Below, piece by piece: positions 41,419 to 61,852 of a stretch of DNA of 64,000 bases. Origin of the DNA: the human T2T-CHM13v2.0 reference genome, Homo sapiens. A program made the translations under genes and the position numbers. The stretch lies in assembly GCF_009914755.1 (NCBI RefSeq), contig NC_060925.1; one strand, 5' to 3'. The first letter of the stretch is position 1. Every line of letters begins with the position of its first letter. The notes beneath the pieces were generated by a model that worked only from the letters and a program-made list of their open reading frames with translations, was not told where the DNA came from and made no database searches.

Positions 41419-42719
41419 TGAGGGTACATTCAGAAGGCAATGGAGAGCAAGTTAGAGTCAAAGAGATGATTCCTTCTGCCTCTTTTTTTTTCTTTTAATG
41501 ACAAAAATATTCTCAGCTACATCCACAAAATCTGCTCAATGTCTTAAAGATCTATTTATTTTGCAACTTAAAAAGAGTGTGAGGCCCACAGTGTTCTCAC
41601 TGACCAGAGTTCAAATGTCACTCGGGCCCAGCACAAGGCCACAGGGCCAGCCTGGAGTGGCAAGCAGTGAGCCAACAGAGCTTGTAAAGTAGAAGCAGCT
41701 CCTCTTGAGCCAGGTTTCGTGGGAGCCTGAGGGACCTCAGCATTGGTAAAATCAATTTGTTCCATCATCCTAATAGTATTATGGTCAAAGAATTACAGAG
41801 CTAGTCTGTTTAGGACAGAAGACCTTAGGATCATACTGGATGTTACTTGATTCTCAATGACAGTTGGTTCCATTTGGTGGCAGAAAAGGCCATTTGTCTT
41901 TCTAAGCCCTTTCCTTGGGTACTTTTACCCCAGCATTACCTGATGGGCATAAGGAGGCAGCACCAAATAGTGTTGCCAGACTTGTGGTGCTGAGCACATG
42001 CCAGCCAATTGGGAAATGGCTGCTTCCTGACTACCCCACCTCTGGGGAATTATCTCATTAATCACAGTAATATACCTGGAGGAAAATGATGTTTTAATTT
42101 TTTGATGATGGTTATTGTTCGTCAAGTTACACCAACATTGATGGCATCTGTGAGTTACGAAAGGAAAAAAAAGCAAAAAGTATAGGCGTGGTCTAAGCTA
42201 GCAGGCCCAACAAGCCTTCAGCTGTTTCTAATCTGCCTCTCCCCTGCAGCTGAGCCCTCTTGGTGGCCAAAGGAGTATGCCTTATCAGGCCCAACCTTCC
42301 ACAGAATGTTGGTCAAACCCTGGCTCTCACCTAAGCTCTGATCACTTTGCCCAAAATCAAAATTTTTAGAGCACTACAATGACACTGCTTGCTATTAGAA
42401 GTTTGCACTGTTCTGAGGAGGTTTGTGATATTATCCCCAAAAGGTCCTTGTCAAAATGCACATAACCCAGAGAACTAGCACATTAATCCCATTAGTGAGC
42501 AATAATATGCTCATGAGGATGTGAAAAGGCCTACATTCTGAGAACACATCTCCTTCAAGGTGAAGAGGAAGCCCCCAAAATTCACCCCTCCCTACCCACC
42601 CACTCACACGCTCACTACTACTATCTGCCTTACACTTACTGGAACTTATGTCATTAACCTTTTATCCCAGCCTGTGTCAATCATCCAAGAACCCCTGGAT
42701 TCTAGGCCACTCTCCACGC

Positions 42720-45570
42720 TAATTTCCATGCAGTTCTGTATGTTCCTATTCTGTCTTCCCATCTCTCCCAAATTTCTGTAACCCTTCCACTGTCTCCTCT
42801 ATAATTCACTGCCCATGATCAACAAAATTCCCTGTATCTTCAACCTATTCTCTGGATATGCACTTCACAATCTTACTCTAACAAACCAGAGTTTCTCTGA
42901 AAGGACTGCCTCCCCTGCATCCTTTTCCAAAGGTGGCAGCTTGTCTCCCACAGCCCTCACACTGCTGAGCCTGAAGTGGGGTAGTTATCCTCATTTTTTG
43001 TTTTGTTTTCAGACCATTCTTCTTTCCTCCTCGCTAAAACCCCCAGCTTTGAACCTCATGGCATCAGATTACAGCACTATCTATATGACCCTATGTGTTG
43101 CTTTTAACTACCAATGCCCAATTCATTCTCCCTTATTTCTTGATGATTTTAGCTCCTGTTTCAATGTCACTCCCTCCAGTGATACTCCTGTTTTAATTCT
43201 TGGGGATTTTCATACGCTTCTTGGTAATCCACCCTCACCCTGCCTCTCATTTTCTTGACTTCACTCTTTCAATGGTCTTTTTTTTTTTCTTCTACTTGAG
43301 TGCTAAGTAGTGAGATCTTGCAATGATCTTGCTCTCCACTCTATCTCAGCTACTCATTTCCAAAATTAAAACCTTGTCTTTCCCCACTCTCTCATCTCTA
43401 TATCCTATCTTTCTAGCCTACTTCTATTGTTTTAATCTCTTGGATCTCCAATCTATTCACCTTTATGCTGTCCCTCAGCCCTCTGTCCTTCACCCTTCTT
43501 GAGGTTCACTCTCCTTACCCAACTTAAATTGAATGGTCAATCATTGTCATCATGCCCATGCATATATACCTGTCTCCCTTGCCCTTCTCTCGATTTGTTA
43601 AAACCACCATTCTGGGTAAATCTAACTCTCTACCTACTCTGGTTTGCACCCATGTAACTGTACATGGTCTGGAAAGCACACACACAAGCAAAGAACAAAG
43701 CCAGGATAACTGGTTTCACTTTAAATTAATCACCACCATATTCAAGTGAGCCCTTAATACTGCCAAGCAGTTACACTAAGCATCCCTTGTTCATTCACTC
43801 TCCCAATGTCCTAAGTTGTTTCACACCTTTTCTCTCACTCCCCTATCCTCAATCTCAGCTGATTCCTTGCCTCCAACTTCCCTGAGAAAATTGAAGCAAT
43901 CAGAAAAGAACTCCCAAAGACTCTCATCACCTCATCTACCCATTTACTAATATCGGTATTCATCTACTCTGTCTTCTCACTTGTTCCCATAGATCAACCA
44001 TCCCTGCCCTTGTCGAAAGCCAGGCTTTGCACTTGTGCACTTATGTACTCCAGAATATTTCCCCAGCAATTCTTCCCTCTCTCACACCATCAACTAACAA
44101 CTCTCTACCATTTCATTTCAATCAGGGTGCAAACATGCTATCATTTTTTTGGTCTTCACTTTCCCTTTCAGTTTCTGTCCTATTTCCTGGCTCCCCTTTG
44201 AAGCAAAACTATAAAGCTGTCTATACTTGCTGCTAAATTTCTCTTCTATTTTCTCTTAAACCCACACCAAACAGGTTTTTATTCCAGCACTCCAACAAAA
44301 ACCTGCTCTTTTAAATGTAAAGGTCAATTTTCAGCTGTCTTACTTGCTTTATCATGTTTTTATCTGATCACATTTGATCACCCACTCTCTCTGGAGACAC
44401 ATTCAGCACTTGGTTTGCAGGACACAGAATTCTCTTGCTTTTCCCTTGCCTCAGTGGTTTTGCTGTCAAAATCTTTTTGCTTCTTCTTCGCCTCAACATT
44501 TTACTTTGGAGTTCTTGGTCCTCTTCTGTCTATAACCATTTCCTTGGTGATCTCATTCAGTCTCACAGCATTAAATATCATTTATATTGCCAACAAATCC
44601 CGAATTTATATCTGAATTTCATCTCTCTCAAACTCCAAGGTCATATTTCCTATATTCCCTTCAACATTTCAGGCTGAATGTCTTCAAGACATTTCCTATC
44701 CCACGTGCACCAAACTAAACTCCTAATCTTCCTCCCCAAAATCTCCAGTTACCATCCCTCTGCCCCCACCTCAGTTAACAACATATCCATATTTCAGTTT
44801 GTTCAGGGGAAAAACCTTAATTTATAACTCTTCTCTTTCTTTCACACTCTACATCTAATACATCAGGTAGCCCCACTGTCTTTACTTTCAAATTACATAT
44901 AGAACGTGACTATTTTCCGCCACTTCCTCTGCCATCCTCTGTTTTGAGCCACCATTATCCCTTGCTTGTATTACTGCAAAAGCCTCCAAATGCTTCTTCC
45001 TGTGTCTACTCTTGCCCTACAGCAACCAGAATGAGCCTTTCAAAATATGTATCTTCTTTTTCTCCATGACCCTCCAATGGCTCCTATCTCAGAGTAAAAG
45101 CCTAAGCTAGTAGCTTACAATGTCATACATAATCTAGCTTCCCACGTTACCTCTACGACTTCGTCTTCTGTTGCTCACTCCACTTCAGCCACTCCTTGCT
45201 ATTCCCCACACATGCCAGGTATTCTTCTGCCCAAAGGTTTTGTAGCAGCTCTTTCCTCTGCAGCTCTTCCCTCTGACTGGGATGCTCTTCCCCAGGGAAT
45301 CTGAATTACTCCCTCACTTCCTTCAAGTCTTTGGTAAAATGTTACCTTTCCCATGAGACCTACTCTGACCTCTTTATTTAATGCTATGCCACTTTTTTCT
45401 TTTTTCCATAGCACTTACTACCTTCCATTTATGTTTATTATCTATCTCCTCCTGCTATAATGTCAGCTCTACTAGGTCAAGAACCTTTGTCCTTTTTATT
45501 TACAGATATATTCCAAGCACACAGAACAGTATTTGTCATACAGTAAGTACTCAAAAAATATTTATTGACA
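42720..45570 (+). mobile_element. Long LINE-2 remnant
   Basis: C/T-rich L2 composition. Endonuclease-like motif VLILGDFH in ORF 42815..43258. L2 3' end cagtaagtactcaaaaaatatttattga. Confidence 0.8.
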
Positions 45571-45935
45571 ATAAATTCCTGAAGCCACACACTATAAAAA
45601 TCTGAATGGTAGAAGGTGAGTAGAGGGAAGCTTATGTAGATACTAAATATTTTGTTGGATTTTGGGGGATACTGTTGGATACTGGGGGAAGAGAATAAGG
45701 GATAAGGGAACGATGAGGAATTTGACAAAGCATTAAAAGCAACTGCCTACCATTATCCTTCAGTCCTGGGCTCCATTCAGGCACAAGCACAGGCTTTGTG
45801 TAAGAAAAGCAAAGTATTAGCCCAAGTTGGTAACATAGCCTTAGGCAATACTTAACCCACTCTGAGTCTCAGTCTCAACTGTGAAATGGAAATAAAACCT
45901 CTTACAGGATTGCTGTGAGAAGTAAATACAAATAT

Positions 45936-45984
45936 ACACACACACACACACACACACACAGACACACACACACATACACACACA
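45936..45984. repeat. (CA)n microsatellite, interrupted
   Basis: Direct reading. Confidence 0.95.
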
Positions 45985-47145
45985 ACGTGCATAGCACGTT
46001 ACCTAGCACGCATTGGGTGCTCTAAAATACAGGTGCTATTATTTATCAAACCCCAGTATGCTATTTACCTCCTGAATTTATGGAGACCTCAGACTCATTA
46101 ATTCAGGTGTAGTTATTTCCCAAACCACAATTCAGCAAGAATTTCAAGACTCTAATTGCATCTCTTATAAAAAGGGAAATCAATCACTTCCACAAGATGG
46201 CACTGTGTCCCAGCCCTGTTTCCCTAAATACAACAGGTTTGAAATTTTGTATAACTATGTAACTGATGCCCTCTGCTGACTTGTTTTCTTTTTCTTGTCC
46301 TTGAGCCTTTGGCTTGGAGGATGTAAATGATGGCTCAATATGCATCCTCTATATGCTTGGTATGAATTATTAAATCCACAATGTAACCCAGCTGCCCAAA
46401 GTATTTCTCAAAAGTTTACTGACACCAATACAATCTCCACACAGAACACCAGGCATGTTGCTACAGCCAGATGCACAAGCCTTCTAGTTACATGCCAATC
46501 ATAAATCAGCTGCATCACGCCACAAAATAAAGTGCACCTGTCATCCTATTGCTCTACTTCTTCTTAATCCCTCCCATACCAACTTTAATCCTTAATCCTT
46601 GGCACCATTTTGGAAGTGTGAGCAAAGCTGCCTCCCCATTCCTCTCTCCTTGATCTCACTTGCCACACCACCCTCCAGCCTTACCTGTAACTTAGAGTGA
46701 TAAGAAGCAGAGCTGGGAGGAAGGGGTGTAGAGGGAGAAGGGCAGACAGCTTCTTATGCTGGCAAATATTTGGCAGGTTGGGATTTAATTCCAATGCTAC
46801 TGTAAACTTTTCCTCCTCACCTTTCCCCCTTTCCCACACACACCACAGTATTCTCTAAAACTCTAAATCATTCATATTCTACTTGCACCCTTTCAGTGTG
46901 GTTTAAATATAAGAGACTGACTAGATCACTGAATTTAAGTGATGAGTAACTTCCCACCACAACTGTCATACTACTTTATACCAATTGTTTTCTAGGCCTG
47001 AATCCTTGTGCCAGCAGCCCACAAAGAGGCATGCCACAGGTGAGCCTCATCATCCTTCTGATGGCAGCAGTTAAGGGCTCTGGATTGCTTGACATTTTCT
47101 TAATAGAACGTTTAATGAATTTTTAATTTGCAATTTTTCTTAAAC

Positions 47146-47444
47146 CTTTTTTTATTTATTTTTGAGACAGGGTCTTGCTTTTTGCCCATGCTGGAGTGCA
47201 GTGATGTGAACACAACTCACTGCATTCTCGACCTCCTGGGCTCAAGATCTGCCTGCCTTAACTTCTCGTGCAGCTGGGACCACAGGCACGCATCACCACC
47301 TCCAGTTAATTTTTTAAATTTTTTGTAGAGACAGAAGTCTCACTTTGTTGCCCAGGCTCGTCTCAAACTCCTGGGTTCAAGCAATTTTCCCACCTCAGCC
47401 TCCCAAAGTGCTGAGATTGCAGGTGTGAGCCATTGCGCCCAGCC
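47146..47444 (-). mobile_element. AluJ
   Basis: Diverged reverse Alu (gagacagggtcttgc...cctcctgggctcaag) abutting Tigger1. Confidence 0.85.
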
Positions 47445-48312
47445 AGATACAGCATTTTTTACAAATTGAAGATTTGTGGCAACCTTGTGTTAAGCAAGTC
47501 TGTCAGTGCCATTGTTCCAATTGCATGTGCTCACTTTGTGTTCCTGTGTCACATTTTGGTAATTATGACAATATTCAAACTTTATTATCATATCTGTTAT
47601 GCTGATCTGTGATCAGTGATCTTTGATGTTACCATTGCAATTGTTTTGGGGTACCACAAACTATACCCATATAAGAGGGCAAACTTAGTGGATATGTGTG
47701 TGTGTTCTGACTGCTCCACTGACCAGCTCTTCCCTGTCTTTCTTCCTCTTCTTGGGCCTCCCTATTTCCTGAGACACAACAGTATCAAAATTAAGCCAAT
47801 TAATAACCCTGCAATGGCTTTTAACTGTTCAAATGAAGAGTTGCACATCTCTCATTTTAAATCAAAAGTAGAAATGATTAAGCTTAGTGAAGAAGGCATA
47901 TCAAAAGCCGAGACAGGCTGAAAGCCAGGCCTCTTGTGACAAACAGCCAAGTTGTGAATGCAAATAAAAAGTTATTGAAGGAAATTAAAAGTGGTACTCC
48001 CATGATAAGAAACTAAAAGAGCCTTACTGTTAATACAGATAAAGTTCTAGTGGTCTGTATAAAAGGCTAAACCAGTCACAACATTCCCTTTAGGCCAAAG
48101 CATAAACCACAACAAGGCGCTAACTCTTCTCAATTTAACAAAGGCTGAGAGAGGAGAGGAAGCTGCAGAAGAAAGGTTTGAAACTAAGAGAGGTTGATTC
48201 ATGAGGTTTAAGGAAAACAGCCATCTCTGTAACATAAAAGTGCACACTAAAGCAGCAAGTGCTCATATGGAAGCTGCAAGTTATCCAGAAGATCTAGCTA
48301 AGAACATTGATG
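47445..48312 (+). mobile_element. Tigger1 DNA transposon, 5' part (split by L1)
   Basis: tttttacaaattgaagatttgtggcaacc... and the transposase remnant MIKLSEEGISKAETG. Confidence 0.88.
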
Positions 48313-54497
<6,185 letters not shown>

Positions 54498-55846
54498 TAT
54501 TGACAAAGGTAGCTACACTCAACAATAGATATTCAATGTAGATAAAAAAGCCTTCTATTGGAAGGTGCCATCTAGGATTTTCATAGCTAAAGAGGAGAAG
54601 TCAATGTCTGGCTTCAAAGGACAGGCTGACTCTCTTGTTAGGGGCTAATGTAGTTGGTGACTTGACATCGATGCTCATTTACCATTCTGAAAATCCCAGG
54701 GCCCTTGAAAATTACGTGAAATCTACTCTGCTCATGCTCTGTGAGTAAAACAATAAAGCATGGATAGCAGCACATCTGTTTACAGCATGATATACTGAAT
54801 ATTTTAAGCCGAGTGTTGAGCCTACTGCTCAGAAAAAAAAAAGATTCCTTTCAAAATATTACTGTTCATTTAAAATTTGTTTCCATGCCTGCTAACACAG
54901 CATCCATTCTGAAGTCCATGGATCAAAGAGTAATTTTAACTTTGAAGTCTAATTAAGAAATACATTTTGTAAGGCTATAGCTGCCATAGATAGTGATTCC
55001 TCTGATGGATCTAGGCATTGCCATTAAGAACATTTGTAACTTGTGAGAGGAGGTCAAAATATCGACATTAATAGGAGTTTGGAAGATGTTGACTCCAACC
55101 CTCATGAATTACTCTGAGAGGTTCGAGACTTCAGCGGAGCAAATAACTGCAGATGTGGTGGAAATAGCAAGAGAACTAGAAGTGGTGTGTAAAGATGTGA
55201 CTGAATTGCTACAATCATATGATAGAACTGAAGAGATAAGAAATTGATTACTATGAGTAGCAAGAAAAGTGGTTTCCCAAAATGAAATCTACTTCTGATG
55301 AAGATGCCATGAACATTGTTTTTGTTGAAATAACAATTTTTAGAATATTACATGAAATTGTTATAAAGCAGTGGCAGGGTTTGAGAGGGTTGACCCAATT
55401 TTGAAAGATGTTCTACTGTGAGTAAAATGCTATCAAACAGCATCATGTGCTACAGAGAAATCTTTCTTGAAAGGAAGAGTTGATAGATGCAGCAAACTTC
55501 ATTATTGTCTTATTTCATGAAATTGCCACAGCCACCTCAGCCTTCAGCACCTACCACCCTTATGTCAGCAGCCATCAACATCAAGGCAAGACCCTCATCA
55601 GCAAAAAGATTCTGATTCACAGAAGGCTCAGATGATTGTTCGCATTTTTAGCAAGAAAGCATTTTTAAATTAGGGTATGCATATTTTTTAGACATGAGAG
55701 TGCACACTTTATAGACTTTATTATAATGTAAGCATAAATTTTATACACACTGGAAAACCAAAAAATTCATGTGATTTGTTTTATTGTAATATTAGCTTTA
55801 TTGTAGTGGTCTGGAACCGAACCTCAGTATCTCCAAGGTATGCCTG
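54498..55846 (+). mobile_element. Tigger1 DNA transposon, 3' part
   Basis: Resumes at ...aaggtagctacactcaacaatagatattcaatgtagat and ends with the TIR ...aaggtatgcctg followed by TA. Confidence 0.88.
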
Positions 55847-58055
55847 TATATAGACAGATATTGGTGCACATATATGTGAATGGTATACACACTTTGTGTG
55901 TGTGTACATGTCTATATATACACACTTATATATGATTTATCTATCTAGTTTTATCACATCTCTCTTCAAAAGCCCCTTAACTTGCCACTGACTACAGGAT
56001 ACAATAATGCAAAGTATTCAGCACTCTCAGATTTCAGTCCCTCACTACAGCCCATTTGTCCTGTGCTATTCTCCACTGCCAGGATGCATCAGGTCCTGTG
56101 CACTCTGGCACATACTGTTCATTCTAGCTGTAATAACCTTCTCCCCACAGCTACCACTTTTCTGTCCAAATTAAGTCTACTGCCTCACCCTTCATCCTTG
56201 CATCTATCCCGCAACTCTCCGTCTCCCACCACCTTCACAATGAATTTCTACAACCACCAAATTGTGTAAGATCAGGGACTGAGTGACTCCAAATACTATA
56301 CAGTGTGACAGGGAAAAGCTGAAAATGATAGTGCAGCCATATTGTCATCCCACCAAGAAACTATTCTTGAAAGTTTGAGAAACTTTCTGGTCACCAATAT
56401 GCACGTTTGCTACCTGAGTTCCCTAAAATTAACAATCACAAATGCCTTCAAATAATACAAATGTATTAATACATATAAACAAAAACTACAATTTCATAGA
56501 ACTCTTTACTATCTTCAACCACCAACACCTAGCCCTGTTCCTGATGTGGACTATAGAATAATTATGAGGCATGCCTCTATTGAGGCACAAGCCCAAACCA
56601 GGAGCAGGCAGTGGACAGATGCTTTGGGCTTCAGAGGTTAGTCCCTGAAACCCTTTTCTCCTCATTGGCCAGTGTCCTTGGATATAGAAAGCAGTCCAAT
56701 TGACCTTACAGAAAACCACCAATTTTTTTTATCACAAAACACAATATTCATCTGTCCAAATAAAACTCTGATAAAGAATGTGACATGACAAGAGCTGAAG
56801 ACACTAGTTCAAAGTCATGTCCCAGACATTCTTGAGAAATTTATGTTCAAAGAAATAAAAACATTATATTTTGGAATATGACTCCCTTAACAAAATTTCT
56901 GATTTGAAATTAATTCCTAGTGATAAAAGGACAGTATAGAAACTTGCCACAAATGAATTACCACAGGAATAACCAGCTATCTTGGGAGGTGCCTGCTGCA
57001 TTTGGCACCTTGTCTCTGCTCTCTTCAGGTTTTCTTACATGTCAGCTTAAACAACATCTAATACATTAGTACTAGCTATTACATAGTGCTGATGCTAATA
57101 CATAGTGCTTCGTATCAGGGATTCTTCAAAGCACTTTGCATGTATCCCATTTACCACAATTCTAGAGGTAGATACTTTTATTCCCACTTTACAGATGAAA
57201 ACTGAGACATAGAACAGTTGTGGCCCAAGATTTGATAATTTATTTCCGCCTTAGACAAACTGGATTGCTCCCCATTACCTACAGTATGGAGCCCAAATTC
57301 ATAGCCCTCAAATTGCTACTCAACCTCCCATTCTGACTTTTTCCCAATATCCCCTCCCAAAAGTCCCCATAACCCTGAATGGCCATCAAATATTGTCCCA
57401 TCATTGTGCCCATGCTAAGGACAGATGGGCACAGTAGTAGTCTTATGTTGCCTGCAAATGTGTTTTTAGACGGATTAATTTACAAGTCAGATTTCATATT
57501 AAAAATCAGATATACAGTTATTGGGATTTCTTTTAGAATCCTATCTGGAATTCTAAAGGTCTGAAGCTAGGCACAAACTGTGAATAGATGCAGCACAATA
57601 GCAGGTGTCTCCATTGGACATCTCCATAGTTGTTCACAGTTGCCATCAGTCACACAAAGTATGCCAGTTTCACTCGCTTCCATTACTGACCTGGCTTCTA
57701 AAGGCCTTCACCACAATGCCCTAAAACCATCTCTTGCCTATTTAAGTCTCCCCTGTCCTCCAAGACTAAGCTTAAATGTCACCGCCTCTCTTATTTCCTA
57801 ATTATTCCAGCTGAAATTTATCTCCAGCTTCTGAATTCCCCCTAGCATTCTGCTTATTGTGACACATCACACTCTGCTTTGCAATTAGTTGTGATATGCT
57901 TCCCTAAGAACAAGGTAGAAACTCTGAGTCAAGGTTAAGTAACCAATTCTGTGATCTTGGGCAACAAAACTGAGCATAGCACCCTGTGTTCTAAGATTTG
58001 AGCCCTAGATAAATAAAAGAGCATTAGCACATTGAAAAGGGTAGAAAGAAGTGAC

Positions 58056-58058
<3 letters not shown>

Positions 58059-58086
<28 letters not shown>
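58059..58086. repeat. (AC)14 microsatellite just 3' of PIGC
   Basis: Direct reading. Confidence 0.95.
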
Positions 58087-58165
58087 TTACTTCACTCTTC
58101 ATGCCCCTCTGTCTGCCTCCTGTTTATGGAAAAATCATGAGACAACTTGATGGATGTGTTATTTT

Positions 58166-58171
58166 TTTAAT
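58166..58171 (-). terminator. PIGC polyA signal ATTAAA
   Basis: tttaat on + reads ATTAAA on -, about 250 nt after the stop. A downstream (GT)n tract follows on -. Confidence 0.55.
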
Positions 58172-58422
58172 AGAAACCACATCACTTCATATGTTACAGC
58201 ATGTAATTCAAGAGGTCCCCAGAAAGTTTTTTCATCTACAAAATAACAGAAAGGATAAGCACCCTCACCACCCAAGCCTTTGGTTCATTTTTTTTGGTTT
58301 TGATCTCTATTCTCTTACCACAATGACATGCTGCTTCCAGAATGGAACTCTGTCTTTAAGTTCTATACTAGTTAGGAGGCTAATCTATCAGCTTGCTTTA
58401 ATAATGTAATGGATGTCCTAAT

Positions 58423-59524
<1,102 letters not shown>

Positions 59525-59714
59525 CTAGAAAAAGAGAGACTGTGAACCTACGAAAGTTGTGAAAGGTCAAGAGTAGTACTGAGATAAAGTCAAATCAACT
59601 CAGTTTACTAAAAGTCTGAGAAAAATGTATGTGGTAGTCACCTTATGGGACATTAAAACTGCATTTCAGATTTGAAAATTATAATTCCTTGAATAATAAT
59701 AGACATCTGTTAGC

Positions 59715-59910
59715 TATCGCTTATTGAGTACCTACTATGTGCTAAGTGCCTTATGTATCTTCTTTCACTTAATCCTCACCACCTTGTAAGTTAGTATTAG
59801 TCCTGCTTTGGTAAAAAAGCTGAGATTCAAGATGCTTAAGTAACTTTGCCCTAAGGTAACAGAGCAGAGCCAGGATTCAAACCAAAGTCTTATCCCAAAG
59901 CCTGTGTCTC
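59715..59910 (-). mobile_element. MIR in the PIGC intron
   Basis: ttattgagtacctactatgtg...aatcctcac...ctgagattca...taactttgccc...gagccaggattcaaacc. Confidence 0.65.
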
Positions 59911-60419
59911 ACATTGTATCTCCCTCTAAAGCAGTTCTTAACTCAGTGGTTCACATATCCCTTAGGTATATCACATTGCATGCTTATATCTGGATTTGTG
60001 TAAATTTATAGGGATAATATCCATAGTTTTTATTGGTTCTCAAAGGCATGTTATTTGTATTTTTTAAGTTACCAATCCAAAGACAATAGTAAGCTGCACC
60101 ATACAGAAAGGTATGAGCTCTATAGTTTAACCAAAATCAAAGCCTCAAAGAAACTAGACTCTTCTTCCATTAGCTGAGCTTAGCATCCTTTAAAGAGCTA
60201 TCAATCTACTCAAAACAAGGAAACTCTTGAGAGGATCGAAGAAGATAATCATTCCTTTTTCACAATGAGAAAACTAAGAGTCAGAAACACCACAGCCATC
60301 CGGCAAATTTGAGAAAAAAAAAATTCATATTGCCCGACTTTATTTCTTCCATGATAGACCACAACAAATATTGCTTGGCAAGCCAGACACCGTTACCCCC
60401 TCTGCAGCAGGGATCCCAG

Positions 60420-60880
60420 CCCGGGAATCTTAAGGCCGCCGCCGGGGTTGGAGGGTCTGCGACGCCCAAAAGGGCAGCGCCCGCCCGCAGAGTGGGGCTG
60501 GGAGGGGACGGGGTAGGGTAGGGTGACCCCAGGGTGCGCCTTCACTCTCCTGGCACCCCATTTGGCTTTTTGGGTGGGCCTCCCACTTCCGCCGCCGCCC
60601 CTCACTCAGCCTTGGGTCTGCGGGAGGCAGCAGAGGAAAAGGAGCCCCGGAAACACTGACCGTTACACGGAACCCACCTACCCGAGAGTTCCTAGGGTTG
60701 CGCAGCTGGGGGACGGCGGCACCCAGCCTTTTTCCCGCTTCGGGGCGCCGGGGCTGCGACTGTGGCCAAGCACTTCCGGGTCCGCCGCAATCTCCTTAGC
60801 GAGGGCACCCTTCCCCGGCTGGAACCATCGCGACGTGACTGCTGCCCCCTCCTGGCTGCTCGAAGGACCTCCGGTCTCCT
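60420..60880. promoter_or_regulatory. CpG-island promoter of PIGC (housekeeping type, possibly bidirectional)
   Basis: The only CpG-dense unique stretch in the window. ETS/GABPA motifs CACTTCCGG (60771) and CACTTCCGC (60584), GC boxes, TCGCGA/GACGTGAC at about 60827-60839, and no TATA. Confidence 0.88.
60682..60780 (-). other. PIGC: PIGC non-coding exon 1 (TSS approximate)
   Basis: Minus-strand donor CGG|gtaggt at 60682/60681 inside the CpG island. The TSS is inferred near the ETS site. Confidence 0.6.
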
Positions 60881-61766
60881 CTCCTGGAGACTGGCCCAAA
60901 CCCGAATGCTCTGAGCCTAGGAAGGCAAATCCCCAGCAATCCCCTATTGAAAGATGGGATGTGCCATCTGAAGGACTGGGTAAGGCAAGAGAGGACAAGG
61001 AAAGAGGCTGGGCCAGTAGGTGAGAGATAATGGCCGCTTTTGTTGCGCTCCTTTATTAAGTCAGGCCCTCAGCTGGGACGTCCCGTGCATCCATGCGTTC
61101 ATTCCACAGATACTGATTGAATGCCTGCATGTAACAAGCCATGCTTGGGGTGCTCATGATACAGCCGTGAATGAAACACACAAAAATTGCTGCTCTCATG
61201 AAACTCTCTTTTTTGGTGCATTGACCTTTACACTGATTATATCATCTCCCCCCTCAAAGAGGACAAATCTAAGGCTCAGATAAGTTGTATTTGTCCAAAG
61301 ACAGGCACCTGGGAAGTAGATGAACAGAGATCAATATCCAGTTGTCTATAGCTTCAAAGCTTGGTTTTTTTCCTCTTTACCTCCTAAAAGAAGTGAGGAC
61401 AAGATTGCTAATTAAACTGAGTTCATGGAAATATTAAAGGATATATAAACAGAAGGAAGTAATAAAGAAACAAAGGGATGTAGTAAAACACAGGATACAG
61501 TGGAAATAAAAGTCAGAAAACATGACCCATTTACTAGCTCAGTGACTCAAGGCAAATCACACTACCTGAGCTTTGATTTCTTCATCAGTAAAATGGAGAT
61601 GACATTATTTGCACTTGGCTACTTTATAGGATGGTTAAAGAGTTAAATATAAAAATGGTTTGTAAAGTGTTCACTATATGGCTGCTATTAGCTGACTTTG
61701 GCCATCGTAATGATAGCAATGTTTAAGTGTGATATATTCTGTAAAATGTTCTCTATTTCCCTCTAG

Positions 61767-61852
61767 GCTTCTGTTCCAAAATTTGACAAGATTCCTTGGC
61801 TTAGTGAGGCCAGCCTTGTAAACAAGCCATTAGTGCTCAGCCTTCCCAGAAG
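61767..61852 (+). CDS. C1orf105: C1orf105 exon 2 (ASVPKFDKIPWLSEASLVNKPLVLSLPR)
   Basis: tttccctctag|GCTTCT acceptor and AGAAG|gtaacc donor. 86 nt, open in frame 0. The gene continues beyond the window. Confidence 0.87.

Noticed and set aside
58032-58409. 125-aa ORF antisense to the PIGC 3'UTR
   Set aside because: TTG start, runs through a (CA)n microsatellite, and has no coding signature.
60523-61023. 166-aa ORF in the CpG island
   Set aside because: GTG start, GC-driven stop depletion and no recognisable domain.
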